Shown here one piece after another: positions 25,591 to 34,829 of a stretch of 64,000 bases of DNA. Source of the stretch: Alphaproteobacteria bacterium (GTDB lineage Bacteria; Pseudomonadota; Alphaproteobacteria; CAAHEQ01; UBA3637); the NCBI GenBank assembly GCA_045655105.1, contig JAZOOQ010000043.1:3204-67203 (forward strand), written 5' to 3'. The notes below the pieces were generated by a model that saw only the letters and a program-made list of their open reading frames with translations, searched no databases and was not told the origin of the DNA. Position numbers and translations under genes: made by a program. Each line of letters opens with the position of its first letter. Position 1 is the first letter of the stretch.

Positions 25591-26760
25591 ATGGATGAAT
25601 TTGATAAAATCAGAGAGTTAACTGAAGATTTAACAAATAGGCGGGAACCAAGTTTCACAGGGTTTTATCAGACTAAAACTTCTGAACCAGAGCAAAAAAA
25701 AGAAGAAACACAAGAAGTTTCAGCTGTGTCTTTACAATCTTCATTTGATTCATCTGCGAAAACTGTTGAATTAACTTCGGCTGTAATTGCTAAAATTCCA
25801 GAAGAAACTGTTTTGCCAAAAGAGGAATCTGTTGAATTAAAGCCTTCTGTTGAATCAGAACCTGAGATTAAGATTTATGATTTTTCAAAACCAATTGATG
25901 AAGAAATTTCCTTTATTCCATTAGAAGCAGACGCTCAAATTGAAGAAAAAAACTTTCCTTCTTTAAAATTGCATTTGATTTTGATTTCGGTTCTTGTTGT
26001 TGTTTTGGGGATTTCTTTAACTGGATTTTTTATTTTTCAGGCAAGTGAAGCAGAAACAGACGAAGTTGAAACCATTTTGGCATCCCCAGATGCTGTGAAA
26101 GAATTGCCAGAGCATGCAGGTGGCATTGTGATTCCAGATCAAGATAAATTGGTTTATAATCGTATCCGTTCTGATAATGTGACCACAAAAGTGGAAAGTT
26201 TGTTTCCTGAACCTGAAAAGCCTGTTGTGCCTCAAATTTTGGCTATTGAGCAAAATGCGCCTGAAGCAACATTTGTTGATGTGAAAGAGATGAAAACAGT
26301 GAATCCTCTTGAAGAAGAGAAAAAAGAAATTAAAGTTGTTGAACAAAAGAAAGAAGAATTAAAAGTTGAACCAGTTCAACAAGTTTCACCTGTTCAAAAA
26401 GTTGTTGCTCCGGTTATTCAAAAAGAAGAGGTTTTAGCCCCTAAAAAAGAAGTGATTGAATTAGCCCCTGTTGAAAAGGTAACAGTTAAAAAAGAAGTTA
26501 AACCGACGCAAAAAGAAATTTGGCGTGTTCAATTATTTGCTTCTAACAATAAGGCAGCGGTGGAAAAAGCTTGGAAAGTTATGAAAACCAAACATGTGAA
26601 GCTTTTATCCAATATGTCATATATTATCAAAAAGGTTGAAATTCCAAGAAAAGGGGATTTTTATCGTTTGCAAGTTGGACAATTCCCATCCAGAGAAATG
26701 GCTGATGGCATGTGTTCAAAATTAAAGGCAAAAAAACAAGATTGTATCCCTGTTAAATAA
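25591..26760 (+). CDS. SPOR-domain membrane protein
   Basis: Start moved to the ATG at 25591 (GAAGGAG RBS). One TM segment (LHLILISVLVVVLGISLTGFFIF), a P/E/K/V-rich linker, and a C-terminal SPOR pattern (WRVQLFASNNKAAVEKAW...YRLQVGQFPSREMADGMCSKLK). Confidence 0.75.
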   Translation: MDEFDKIRELTEDLTNRREPSFTGFYQTKTSEPEQKKEETQEVSAVSLQSSFDSSAKTVELTSAVIAKIPEETVLPKEESVELKPSVESEPEIKIYDFSKPIDEEISFIPLEADAQIEEKNFPSLKLHLILISVLVVVLGISLTGFFIFQASEAETDEVETILASPDAVKELPEHAGGIVIPDQDKLVYNRIRSDNVTTKVESLFPEPEKPVVPQILAIEQNAPEATFVDVKEMKTVNPLEEEKKEIKVVEQKKEELKVEPVQQVSPVQKVVAPVIQKEEVLAPKKEVIELAPVEKVTVKKEVKPTQKEIWRVQLFASNNKAAVEKAWKVMKTKHVKLLSNMSYIIKKVEIPRKGDFYRLQVGQFPSREMADGMCSKLKAKKQDCIPVK

Positions 26761-26772
26761 GAAGGATTAAAA

Positions 26773-27438
26773 ATGAATAATTTTTTATATGGTTTAAGTG
26801 TTTGGGCCATTCCATTGGTTCTTTGTATGGTTATTCACGAGTTGGCGCATGGATATGTTGCCATGAGGCTTGGGGATAAAACAGCGCAAAGAGCCGGGCG
26901 TTTAACTTTAAATCCTGTTGCACATATTGACCCTATGGGAAGTATCTTTCTTCCTTTAATTCTTGTTTTATCATCTTCGCCTGTTTTATTTGGATGGGCT
27001 AAGCCAGTTCCTGTGAATTTTAGTGCCTTAAATAACCCTAAAAGAGATATGGGTCTTGTGGCGGCAGCAGGTCCTATTTCAAATATTTTATTAGCTATTC
27101 TTTTTGTTTTTTTTGGCAGAATTGTTTTAGAAATTGTTCCTGTTTCTTCCCCAGTTTTCATGTGGTTAAGAGATAATATTATGAATGGAATTTTATTTTC
27201 TCTTATTTTAGCCGTTTTCAATTTATTGCCTATTTTGCCTTTAGATGGCGGAAGAATTTTAGTTTCTCTTTTGCCCAAAAAATTAGCCTATCAGTATCAG
27301 CAAACAGAAAGCTATGGGATGTATATTTTATTAGGGTTAATGATTTTGCCATTTGTTTTGGGCATTAATATTATCGGGTTATTTATAGGAAGTATTTTAC
27401 CTTATTTATATGAATTTATTATGTGGTTAGCATTTTAA
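26773..27438 (+). CDS. Site-2 protease family (M50) membrane metalloprotease
   Basis: 221-aa polytopic ORF with HELAHG and NLLPILPLDGGRIL motifs. Confidence 0.8.
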   Translation: MNNFLYGLSVWAIPLVLCMVIHELAHGYVAMRLGDKTAQRAGRLTLNPVAHIDPMGSIFLPLILVLSSSPVLFGWAKPVPVNFSALNNPKRDMGLVAAAGPISNILLAILFVFFGRIVLEIVPVSSPVFMWLRDNIMNGILFSLILAVFNLLPILPLDGGRILVSLLPKKLAYQYQQTESYGMYILLGLMILPFVLGINIIGLFIGSILPYLYEFIMWLAF

Positions 27439-27464
27439 AAAATCCGCCAAAAGGCGGATTTTTT
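27437..27464. terminator. Bidirectional intrinsic terminator
   Basis: AAAAAA-TCCGCC-AAAA-GGCGGA-TTTTTT between convergent genes. Confidence 0.75.
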
Positions 27465-27472
27465 ATTTCCTT

Positions 27473-27943
27473 TTAAATTTTGCCAGTTGATCCAAATCCA
27501 CCGCTTCCACGAGAAGTATTTTCTTCAATAGTTTCAGTTTCTTCAATTTGAGCATGAATCACTGGGCAAATAACAGCTTGAGCAATGCGTTCACCAGGAT
27601 TAATTGTGAATGGTTTATCGCTTAAATTAATTAAAGGTGTTTTAATTTCACCACGATAGAAGAAATCAACAGTGCCAGGGGAATTAATGATGCCAATGCC
27701 ATGCTTTGCAGCTAATCCGGAGCGCGGTCTAATTTGCAATTCATAATTAAAACCCATGTCATTATCAGGGATCATTTCCATTTTAATGCCACAAGAAATC
27801 AGTTTGAATTCATTAGGTTCTAATGTGACTGGTTCGCTGATTGCGGCTCTTAAATCAAACCCAGAATCTCCAGGATGCTTATATGAAAGCTTTTCCCATT
27901 CTTTATCATATGAAGGTAAATATTCAATTTTTATTTTAAACAT
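27473..27943 (-). CDS. dut: dUTP diphosphatase
   Basis: 156-aa ORF with GDSGFDLR, GIINSPGTVDFFYRGE and C-terminal RGSGGFGSTG motifs. Confidence 0.9.
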   Translation of the reverse strand: MFKIKIEYLPSYDKEWEKLSYKHPGDSGFDLRAAISEPVTLEPNEFKLISCGIKMEMIPDNDMGFNYELQIRPRSGLAAKHGIGIINSPGTVDFFYRGEIKTPLINLSDKPFTINPGERIAQAVICPVIHAQIEETETIEENTSRGSGGFGSTGKI

Positions 27944-28094
27944 AATTTTTCCCTTTTTGATCGAATTTATAACAGGGCTTAAATCTAAAGAACAAATTTT
28001 TTATTGTCAAATAAAAAAACAATAAAAAATGATTGATTTTTTCAAAGAAATCTATATAGTAAGTTTTATATTTTTAATATGAAAAGGAGATATA

Positions 28095-28424
28095 ATGATG
28101 TTTATTTCAAATGCTTTTGCTGGAACGGTTGGAACAGTTGCTCAAAATACACCTGGTGGGGGTGATTGGGTGTCACTTTTACTTCAAATCGCTCTTGTTT
28201 TTTTAGTGCTTTATTTATTACTTATTCGTCCTCAACAAAAACGCTTTAAAGAACATGAAAAAGCTTTAAATAGCATTAAAAAAGGCACAAAAGTTATTGT
28301 TGGGGGCATCATGGGTTCTGTAACAACAATTGAAGAAGATAAACTCAAAATTGAAATTGCAAAAAATGTGGAAATAACAGTTGTTAAAGCATATGTTTCT
28401 CAAGTTTTAGATGAAAAAAAATAA
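28095..28424 (+). CDS. yajC: Preprotein translocase subunit YajC
   Basis: 109-aa ORF with LLIRPQQKRFKEH and GDKV-like KGTKVIVGGIMG motifs. It sits directly upstream of secD-secF. Confidence 0.85.
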   Translation: MMFISNAFAGTVGTVAQNTPGGGDWVSLLLQIALVFLVLYLLLIRPQQKRFKEHEKALNSIKKGTKVIVGGIMGSVTTIEEDKLKIEIAKNVEITVVKAYVSQVLDEKK

Positions 28425-28436
28425 AAAGGAAATAAG

Positions 28437-30005
28437 ATGTTTGGATATTCTAAATTTAAAATAGGTATTGTTGCATTAACAATATTTTTAGGTATTTTGT
28501 TTTCGGTTCCGACATTTCTTTCGGAAGCAACACTTAAAAGTTTGCCAAAATCTGTTCAAAGCTGGTTTAAACCAATCACGCTGGGGCTTGATTTGCAAGG
28601 CGGTTCATATTTGTTAATGGAAGTGGATACACAAGATCTTTTAAAAGAAAGATTGGTCACCTTGGCAGATTTATCTCGTTCTGATTTACGTAAAGGAAAA
28701 ATCAGATTTTCTGGGTTAACTGTTGAAGAAGGGCAAATGAAAGTTCGCATTTTAAATGCTGGAGACGTTATGTCTGCTCGTGAAATTATCAGAAAAATTG
28801 AACCTTCATTGTTAAATATTGAATCTGAAGAAAATATGCTTAAAGTTTCTTATACTGAAAAAGCAATTGAAGAAATGCAAAGAAAAGCTGTTGAACAATC
28901 TGTTGAAATTGTTCGTCGTCGTATCGATGAACTTGGCACAAAAGAACCTCAAATTCAACAACAAGGTATGAATAGGATTGTGATTCAGTTACCAGGGGTT
29001 CAAGATCCATCAGAAATTAAAGCATTGCTTGGTAAAACAGCTAAAATGACATTCCATTTAGTTGATGAAGAAACATCTGTTCAAGCAGCTCAAATGGGTA
29101 AACTTTCTCCTGATTCAATGTTGGTTACAGGTGATGAAACAGGTTATATTGTTTTAAAACGTCGTGTTGTTGTGAGTGGATCGCAATTAGATGGAGCTAA
29201 AGGAAGTTATGATGAAAATGGGGCTCCTGCAGTTTCATTTAGCTTTAAAGCAGCTGGCGCTAAAGAATTTGCAAATGTGACGCGCGAAAACGTTGGTCGC
29301 AGACTGGCCATTGTTTTGGATGGAAAAGTTTTAAGCGCCCCAACAATTAACACGCCAATTACAGGTGGTCAAGGTGTCATTACAGGTAATTTCACAATGC
29401 AAGCAGCCAATGATTTGGCTTTGATGCTTAGAGCAGGGGCTTTACCTGCACCTTTAATTGTTGCCGAAGAACGCGTTGTGGGCCCAGGGCTTGGGGAAGA
29501 TTCCATTAAAGCTGGAACAGGCGCTTGTTTAATTGGTTTGGCCTTTATCTTTATTTTTATGTTAGTGGTTTATGGCTCTTTTGGAATTATTGCCGATATC
29601 ACCTTATTGGTTAATGGAATTTTATTATTGGCTCTTTTAAGCCTTTTAAATGCCACTTTAACATTGCCTGGTGTGGCAGGTATTGCTTTAACGTTAGCCA
29701 TGGCTGTTGATGCAAATATTTTGATTATGGAACGCATGAAAGAAGAAATTCATCGTGGCATTAAAAACCCACAAGAAGTTATTAAAAGAGGTTTCGCTGG
29801 TTCTTTCTCTGCCATTTTTGATGGCCAGTTAACAACTCTTTTTGCAGCTCTTTTCCTCTTTATGTTAGGATCAGGCTCAGTGCGTGGATTTGGTATCACA
29901 TTGGGTCTTGGGTTAGCAACAACAATGTATGCAGCCATTGTTGTCAATAAAGTGATTTTCATGATTTGGTATATGATTAAAAAGCCAAAAACAATTAATA
30001 TATAA
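28437..30005 (+). CDS. secD: Protein translocase subunit SecD
   Basis: 522-aa ORF. LGLDLQGG, a large periplasmic domain, and a C-terminal 6-TM bundle with the LTLPGVAGIALTLAMAVDANILIMER pattern. Confidence 0.95.
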   Translation: MFGYSKFKIGIVALTIFLGILFSVPTFLSEATLKSLPKSVQSWFKPITLGLDLQGGSYLLMEVDTQDLLKERLVTLADLSRSDLRKGKIRFSGLTVEEGQMKVRILNAGDVMSAREIIRKIEPSLLNIESEENMLKVSYTEKAIEEMQRKAVEQSVEIVRRRIDELGTKEPQIQQQGMNRIVIQLPGVQDPSEIKALLGKTAKMTFHLVDEETSVQAAQMGKLSPDSMLVTGDETGYIVLKRRVVVSGSQLDGAKGSYDENGAPAVSFSFKAAGAKEFANVTRENVGRRLAIVLDGKVLSAPTINTPITGGQGVITGNFTMQAANDLALMLRAGALPAPLIVAEERVVGPGLGEDSIKAGTGACLIGLAFIFIFMLVVYGSFGIIADITLLVNGILLLALLSLLNATLTLPGVAGIALTLAMAVDANILIMERMKEEIHRGIKNPQEVIKRGFAGSFSAIFDGQLTTLFAALFLFMLGSGSVRGFGITLGLGLATTMYAAIVVNKVIFMIWYMIKKPKTINI

Positions 30006-30015
30006 GAGGCTATAC

Positions 30016-30936
30016 ATGTTAAAAAAATTATTTAGAAAAAGAGATTATAATTTTGATTTTATGAAGATTCGAAAAATCGGGTTTTCAGTTGCTGTTGCCT
30101 TAGTTCTTGCCAGTATTGCATCTTTTGTTGTAAAAGGGTTAAATTTTGGTATTGATTTTCAAGGTGGTATTTTAGTTGAAGTTTCCTCAACGAAATCTGT
30201 TGATATTTCAACACTTAGAAAAGATTTAAATGGATTAAAAGATTTATCTATTCAATCAGCTGGTCTTGATGGGAATATTTTCCTTATCCAAGCTCAACCT
30301 GAAAAAGGCCAAACAGGCAGTCAAGTTGTTGATCAAATCAAATCCATTTTGGGATCTGATTTTAATTATGAACGCGTTGAAGTGATTGGCCCAACAATTG
30401 GGGAAGAATTAAAGAAAAATTCTTTATTGGCTTCTGTTTTGGCTCTTTTAGCCATTGCCATTTATATTTGGTTTAGATTTGAATGGCCATTTGCTATTGG
30501 TTGTTTAATTTCTTTAGCCTTTACCTTAATTGTTGTTCTTGGCTTATTCTCTGCTTTTTATTGGGAATTTGATATGGTTGTTGTTGCGGGTGTTCTTTCT
30601 TTAGCAGGGTATGCTTGTAATGATACAATCGTCACTTATGATCGTGTACGTGAAAACTTAAAGAAACATCGTGCAAAATCAACAGATGCAATTTTAAATC
30701 AAGGGATTAATGAAACATTATCTAGAACTATTTTAACAGGTATTTCAACGCTTGTTATGATTTTTGTTTTGCTTGTGATGGGTGGAACAACATTAAGAGG
30801 ATTCTCTCTTTCATTATTCTTTGGTATTTTATTTGGAACATTTGCTTCTATTTTCGTTGCTGTTCCATTGCTCAGATATTTTGATATCAAAGTCTTGGGT
30901 GATGAAACTGCAGGGGCTTATAAACCAAAAGAATAA
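30016..30936 (+). CDS. secF: Protein translocase subunit SecF
   Basis: 306-aa ORF with GIDFQGG and the YACNDTIVTYDRVREN pattern, adjacent to secD. Confidence 0.95.
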   Translation: MLKKLFRKRDYNFDFMKIRKIGFSVAVALVLASIASFVVKGLNFGIDFQGGILVEVSSTKSVDISTLRKDLNGLKDLSIQSAGLDGNIFLIQAQPEKGQTGSQVVDQIKSILGSDFNYERVEVIGPTIGEELKKNSLLASVLALLAIAIYIWFRFEWPFAIGCLISLAFTLIVVLGLFSAFYWEFDMVVVAGVLSLAGYACNDTIVTYDRVRENLKKHRAKSTDAILNQGINETLSRTILTGISTLVMIFVLLVMGGTTLRGFSLSLFFGILFGTFASIFVAVPLLRYFDIKVLGDETAGAYKPKE

Positions 30937-30960
30937 AGAATAAAGAATAAAATAAATAAA

Positions 30961-30988
30961 ACGCCTCCTTTTTTAAGGGGGCGTTTTT
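30961..30988 (+). terminator. Intrinsic terminator after secF
   Basis: ACGCCTCC-TTTTTTAA-GGGGGCGT followed by T5. Confidence 0.7.
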
Positions 30989-31169
30989 ATTGCATATAGA
31001 AAACCACCAGCTAGGCCACTTGGTTCCTTTTTTATGCAAAAAAATACCTCTATATATGAAGAGGAAGCAGATGAATAACTTTTGCGCATAGAACAGTATA
31101 TATAAAAAAATAAACCGCTTTGTTTTTTAAAACGGTTTATTTTTCTATGAACTAAAAAGAGACTTCTTT

Positions 31170-34100
31170 TTATTCGCTTTTAGCTAATTGTTCATAAAGT
31201 TTAAAGCGGTTTTCAATTTGCTTTTGCGCTTTTTGAACTAATTCTTCGTAATGATCGGCATTTGTTTGTTTCACCGCTTTAAAGCGAGATTCAAGTGCCA
31301 TAAATTCCGAAACGGGTTTTGTTGGCTTACTATCCAATTGGAATGGATTTAAACCTTGTTCGCTTCGTCTTGGATCAAAACGATAAAGTGGCCATAATCC
31401 TGTTTCAACGGCAAGTTTTTGATGATCAAGACCTTCTTTGCCAATATCATAACCATGAGAAATACAATGGCTATATGCAATAATCAATGATGGGCCATTA
31501 AAGCTTTCAGCTTCGTTTAAAACTTGCAATGTATGCATGTCTTTTGCACCTAAGGCAATGCTTGCAACATAAACCCCACCACTTGAAGCTGCAATCATGC
31601 CTAAGTCTTTTCGTGGTAATTCAGAACCTGCAATGGCAAATTTAGCTGAAGCACCGATTGGCGTTGCCTTAGAGCGTTGACCACCTGTATTTGAATAAAC
31701 ATTGGTATCCATTACCATAATGTTAACGTTTTTACCGCTATATAATACGTGATCTAGCCCACCATAACCAATATCATAAGCCCAACCATCGCCACCTAAA
31801 ATCCAAACAGATTTTTTAACTAAATAATCAGCATTATCAAGTAAAAGTTTGGCTTTTGGTGTTAAAATGCGTTCTAATTTTTCTTTTAATTCTTGAACGC
31901 GTATGCGTTGTTCTTGAATGCCTGTTTCATTTGATTGATCGGCATTTATAATGCTATCAACCAATGTTTCGCCAACTTCAGCACTCATTTCTTTTAAAAG
32001 TTGTAAAGAAAATTCTTGTTTTGAATCAACACTTGTTCGAATACCTAATCCAAATTCAGCATTATCTTCAAATAAAGAGTTTGCCCAAGCAGGACCATAT
32101 CCATTATTATTTTTTGCATAAGGAGTTGTTGGTAAGTTGCCACTATAAATGGAAGAACAACCCGTTGCATTAGCAACAATTAAACGATCCCCAAATAATT
32201 GAGTCATCATTTTAACATATGGTGTTTCACCGCATCCTGCACAAGCGCCAGAAAATTCAAATAATGGACGCATTAAAGCCAATGATTTAATTTGTTTTGG
32301 ATTTAATTTTATTCTATCTGGATCAGGTAAAGACATAAAGAATTCAAAATTTTTAATTTCATCTTCTAAATGCTTTTCAATTGGTTCCATCATTAATGGT
32401 TTTTTGGTTGGATCCAATCGATCTTTGACAGGGCAGTTACTTGCGCAAAGACTACAACCAGTACAGTCTTCTGGAGCAACTTGAATCATGAATTTTTCGC
32501 CAGCAAATTCTTTGCCTTTATAATCAGCTGTTTTAAGGCTGGCAGGGGCATTTTTCAGTTGTTCAACCGTTGCTGTTTTTGCTCTAATGGCAGCATGAGG
32601 GCAAACGCTGATACATTTACCACATTGAATGCAAATACTTGGATCCCAAACAGGAATTTGAGTTGCAATGCGGCGTTTTTCATATTTTGCAGTATCAGTT
32701 GGCCAAGTTCCATCAGCTGTCCATTCTAATTTACTAACAGGTAATTGATCTCCTCTGCCTTCAATAATTTTTCCAGTTACTTCTTGAAGCAATTCTGGTG
32801 CTGTTGCAGGAATGCCAGGTTGTCTAAAGTAAATAGAATCTGCTTTTCCAATTTCAATTTGGTGCAAATGCTCTAAAGAAGCATCAATGGCTTTAATATT
32901 GGCATCAATAACTTCTTGACCTTTGCGTGCATATGTTTTTTCAACAGCTTTTTTGATTTTTTGAATGGCTTCTTCTTTAGGTAAAACACCTGAAATAGCA
33001 AAGAAGCATGTTTGCATAATTGTGTTAATTCTGCGACCCATTCCTGTTTTTAAAGCCACATCAACAGCATCAATTGCATAAAGTTTAATCTCTTTATCAA
33101 TGATTTCTTGTTGCACTTCTCTTGGAAGAGAGGACCAAACATTTTCTTTTTTCTCTTTTGTATTAATCAAGAAAACAGCATTTTTGCTGGCATAAGAAAG
33201 CACATCTGTTTTAAATAAAAATGGCATATGGTGACAAGCAACAAAGCTTGCTTTTTGAATCAAATAAGGGGCTTTAATTGGATTTTTTGAAAATCTTAAG
33301 TGAGAAGTTGTCATCCCGCCTGATTTTTTTGAATCATACACAAAATAAGCCTGACCAAAATAATCATCTCCATCAGCAATAATTTTAATGGAGTTTTTAT
33401 TTGCGCCTACGGTTCCATCTGATCCAAGGCCAACAAAGATGCAACGTGAAACATCTTCTGCTTCAATATCAAAATCAGGATCATAATCTAATGATAAATT
33501 GGTAACATCATCTTGAATCCCAACAGTAAAATGAGGTTTTGTTTGATTTATAAAAACAGCTTTTGCCATAGCAGGCGTAAACTCTTTTGAGGAAAGGCCG
33601 TATCTACCGCCTAAAACTTTTGGCATAGCTGTTAATGAACCATTGGCAACGCCTTCAGCTAATGTTGAAACAACATCTAAATAGAGTGGCTCCCCAACAG
33701 AACCTGATTCTTTTGTTCTATCTAACACATTGATATATTGAACTGTTTTAGGCAAGGCTTTCAAGAAAGCTTCTTTAGGGAAGGGGCGATATAAGCGAAT
33801 GCCAATAACCCCAACTTTTTCTCCATTTTGATTTAAAACTTTAGCTGTTTCTTCCAATGTTTCAACGCTTGAACCCATTGCAACAACAACTCTTGTGGCA
33901 TCACTTGCCCCTTTATATTCAACTAAATTATAAGATCTGCCTGTCACCAAAGCAAATTTTTGCATGGCTTGTTCAACAAATGAAGGACAGTTGTTATAAT
34001 ATTTATTTGCAGCTTCTTTAATTTGGAAGAAAACATCTGGATTTTGAGCCGTTCCTTTGATTTTTGGGTTTTCTGGTTTCAACGCATTTTGGCTCATAAA

Positions 34101-34706
34101 ATGAGTTGGAATATCTTTCATTAATTCTCTTAAATCATCATCTGAAAGAATCTCAATTTTATTAATTTCATGACTTGTTCTAAATCCATCAAAGAAATGA
34201 ATAAATGGAATTCTGGAAAGGAAAGTTGACATTTGAGCAACAGCAGCCATATCTTGGGCTTCTTGAACAGAATTTGATGCAAGCATAGCAAAACCTGTTT
34301 GCCTGCAAGACATAACGTCTGAATGATCACCAAAAATTGAAAGAGCATGTCCAGCCACAGTTCTTGCTGCTACATGCATCACAAAAGGCGTTAATTCCCC
34401 TGCGATTTTATACATGTTTGGAATCATCAATAATAAGCCTTGAGAAGCGGTATATGTTGTTGTCATAGAACCAGCTTGTAAAGATCCATGAACGGCGCCA
34501 ATAGCTCCAGCTTCTGATTGCATTTCAAGAACATCTGGCACTTTTCCCCAAATGTTTTTAACACCAGCACTGGCCCAAGCATCAGACCATTCTCCCATAG
34601 GAGAAGAAGGTGTAATCGGATAAATAATAGAAACTTCATTTAATTTATGCGCAACCAAAGCAGCCGCTTCATTTGCATCAACCATTTTAATTTGTTTTTC
34701 AGACAT
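31170..34706 (-). CDS. nifJ: Pyruvate:ferredoxin (flavodoxin) oxidoreductase, single-polypeptide type
   Basis: ~1,178 aa from the ATG at 34706 (AAGGAAA RBS); the ORF-track start at 34754 adds 16 aa with no RBS. Two ferredoxin motifs (CIQCGKCISVCPHAAI, CTGCSLCASNCPV) and TPP motif GGDGWAYDIGYGGLDHV. Confidence 0.9.
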   Translation of the reverse strand: MSEKQIKMVDANEAAALVAHKLNEVSIIYPITPSSPMGEWSDAWASAGVKNIWGKVPDVLEMQSEAGAIGAVHGSLQAGSMTTTYTASQGLLLMIPNMYKIAGELTPFVMHVAARTVAGHALSIFGDHSDVMSCRQTGFAMLASNSVQEAQDMAAVAQMSTFLSRIPFIHFFDGFRTSHEINKIEILSDDDLRELMKDIPTHFMSQNALKPENPKIKGTAQNPDVFFQIKEAANKYYNNCPSFVEQAMQKFALVTGRSYNLVEYKGASDATRVVVAMGSSVETLEETAKVLNQNGEKVGVIGIRLYRPFPKEAFLKALPKTVQYINVLDRTKESGSVGEPLYLDVVSTLAEGVANGSLTAMPKVLGGRYGLSSKEFTPAMAKAVFINQTKPHFTVGIQDDVTNLSLDYDPDFDIEAEDVSRCIFVGLGSDGTVGANKNSIKIIADGDDYFGQAYFVYDSKKSGGMTTSHLRFSKNPIKAPYLIQKASFVACHHMPFLFKTDVLSYASKNAVFLINTKEKKENVWSSLPREVQQEIIDKEIKLYAIDAVDVALKTGMGRRINTIMQTCFFAISGVLPKEEAIQKIKKAVEKTYARKGQEVIDANIKAIDASLEHLHQIEIGKADSIYFRQPGIPATAPELLQEVTGKIIEGRGDQLPVSKLEWTADGTWPTDTAKYEKRRIATQIPVWDPSICIQCGKCISVCPHAAIRAKTATVEQLKNAPASLKTADYKGKEFAGEKFMIQVAPEDCTGCSLCASNCPVKDRLDPTKKPLMMEPIEKHLEDEIKNFEFFMSLPDPDRIKLNPKQIKSLALMRPLFEFSGACAGCGETPYVKMMTQLFGDRLIVANATGCSSIYSGNLPTTPYAKNNNGYGPAWANSLFEDNAEFGLGIRTSVDSKQEFSLQLLKEMSAEVGETLVDSIINADQSNETGIQEQRIRVQELKEKLERILTPKAKLLLDNADYLVKKSVWILGGDGWAYDIGYGGLDHVLYSGKNVNIMVMDTNVYSNTGGQRSKATPIGASAKFAIAGSELPRKDLGMIAASSGGVYVASIALGAKDMHTLQVLNEAESFNGPSLIIAYSHCISHGYDIGKEGLDHQKLAVETGLWPLYRFDPRRSEQGLNPFQLDSKPTKPVSEFMALESRFKAVKQTNADHYEELVQKAQKQIENRFKLYEQLAKSE

Positions 34707-34829
34707 TTTTTTTCCTTTCGCCCAAAAATGTTTTTTTATGCATTTTTTATACACGAAATAAAAAAAATTGTCTAGTATAAATGCCTGAAAGAGGCATAAA
34801 ATTGTATCTATTTGTTTTAAAAAGGAATT

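Noticed and set aside
34707-34754. N-terminal extensions given by the ORF track. Examples: PFOR 34754, ANK genes 16484 and 17907, OmpA-like 18515, giant ORF 19190, SPOR 25531, HD-like 14597, Smr 53769, small lipoprotein 38934, addA 46601.
   Set aside because: In each case a downstream ATG is preceded by a good Shine-Dalgarno sequence at proper spacing. These ATGs also begin the recognisable signal peptide or conserved N-terminus, or remove an overlap with the upstream gene.
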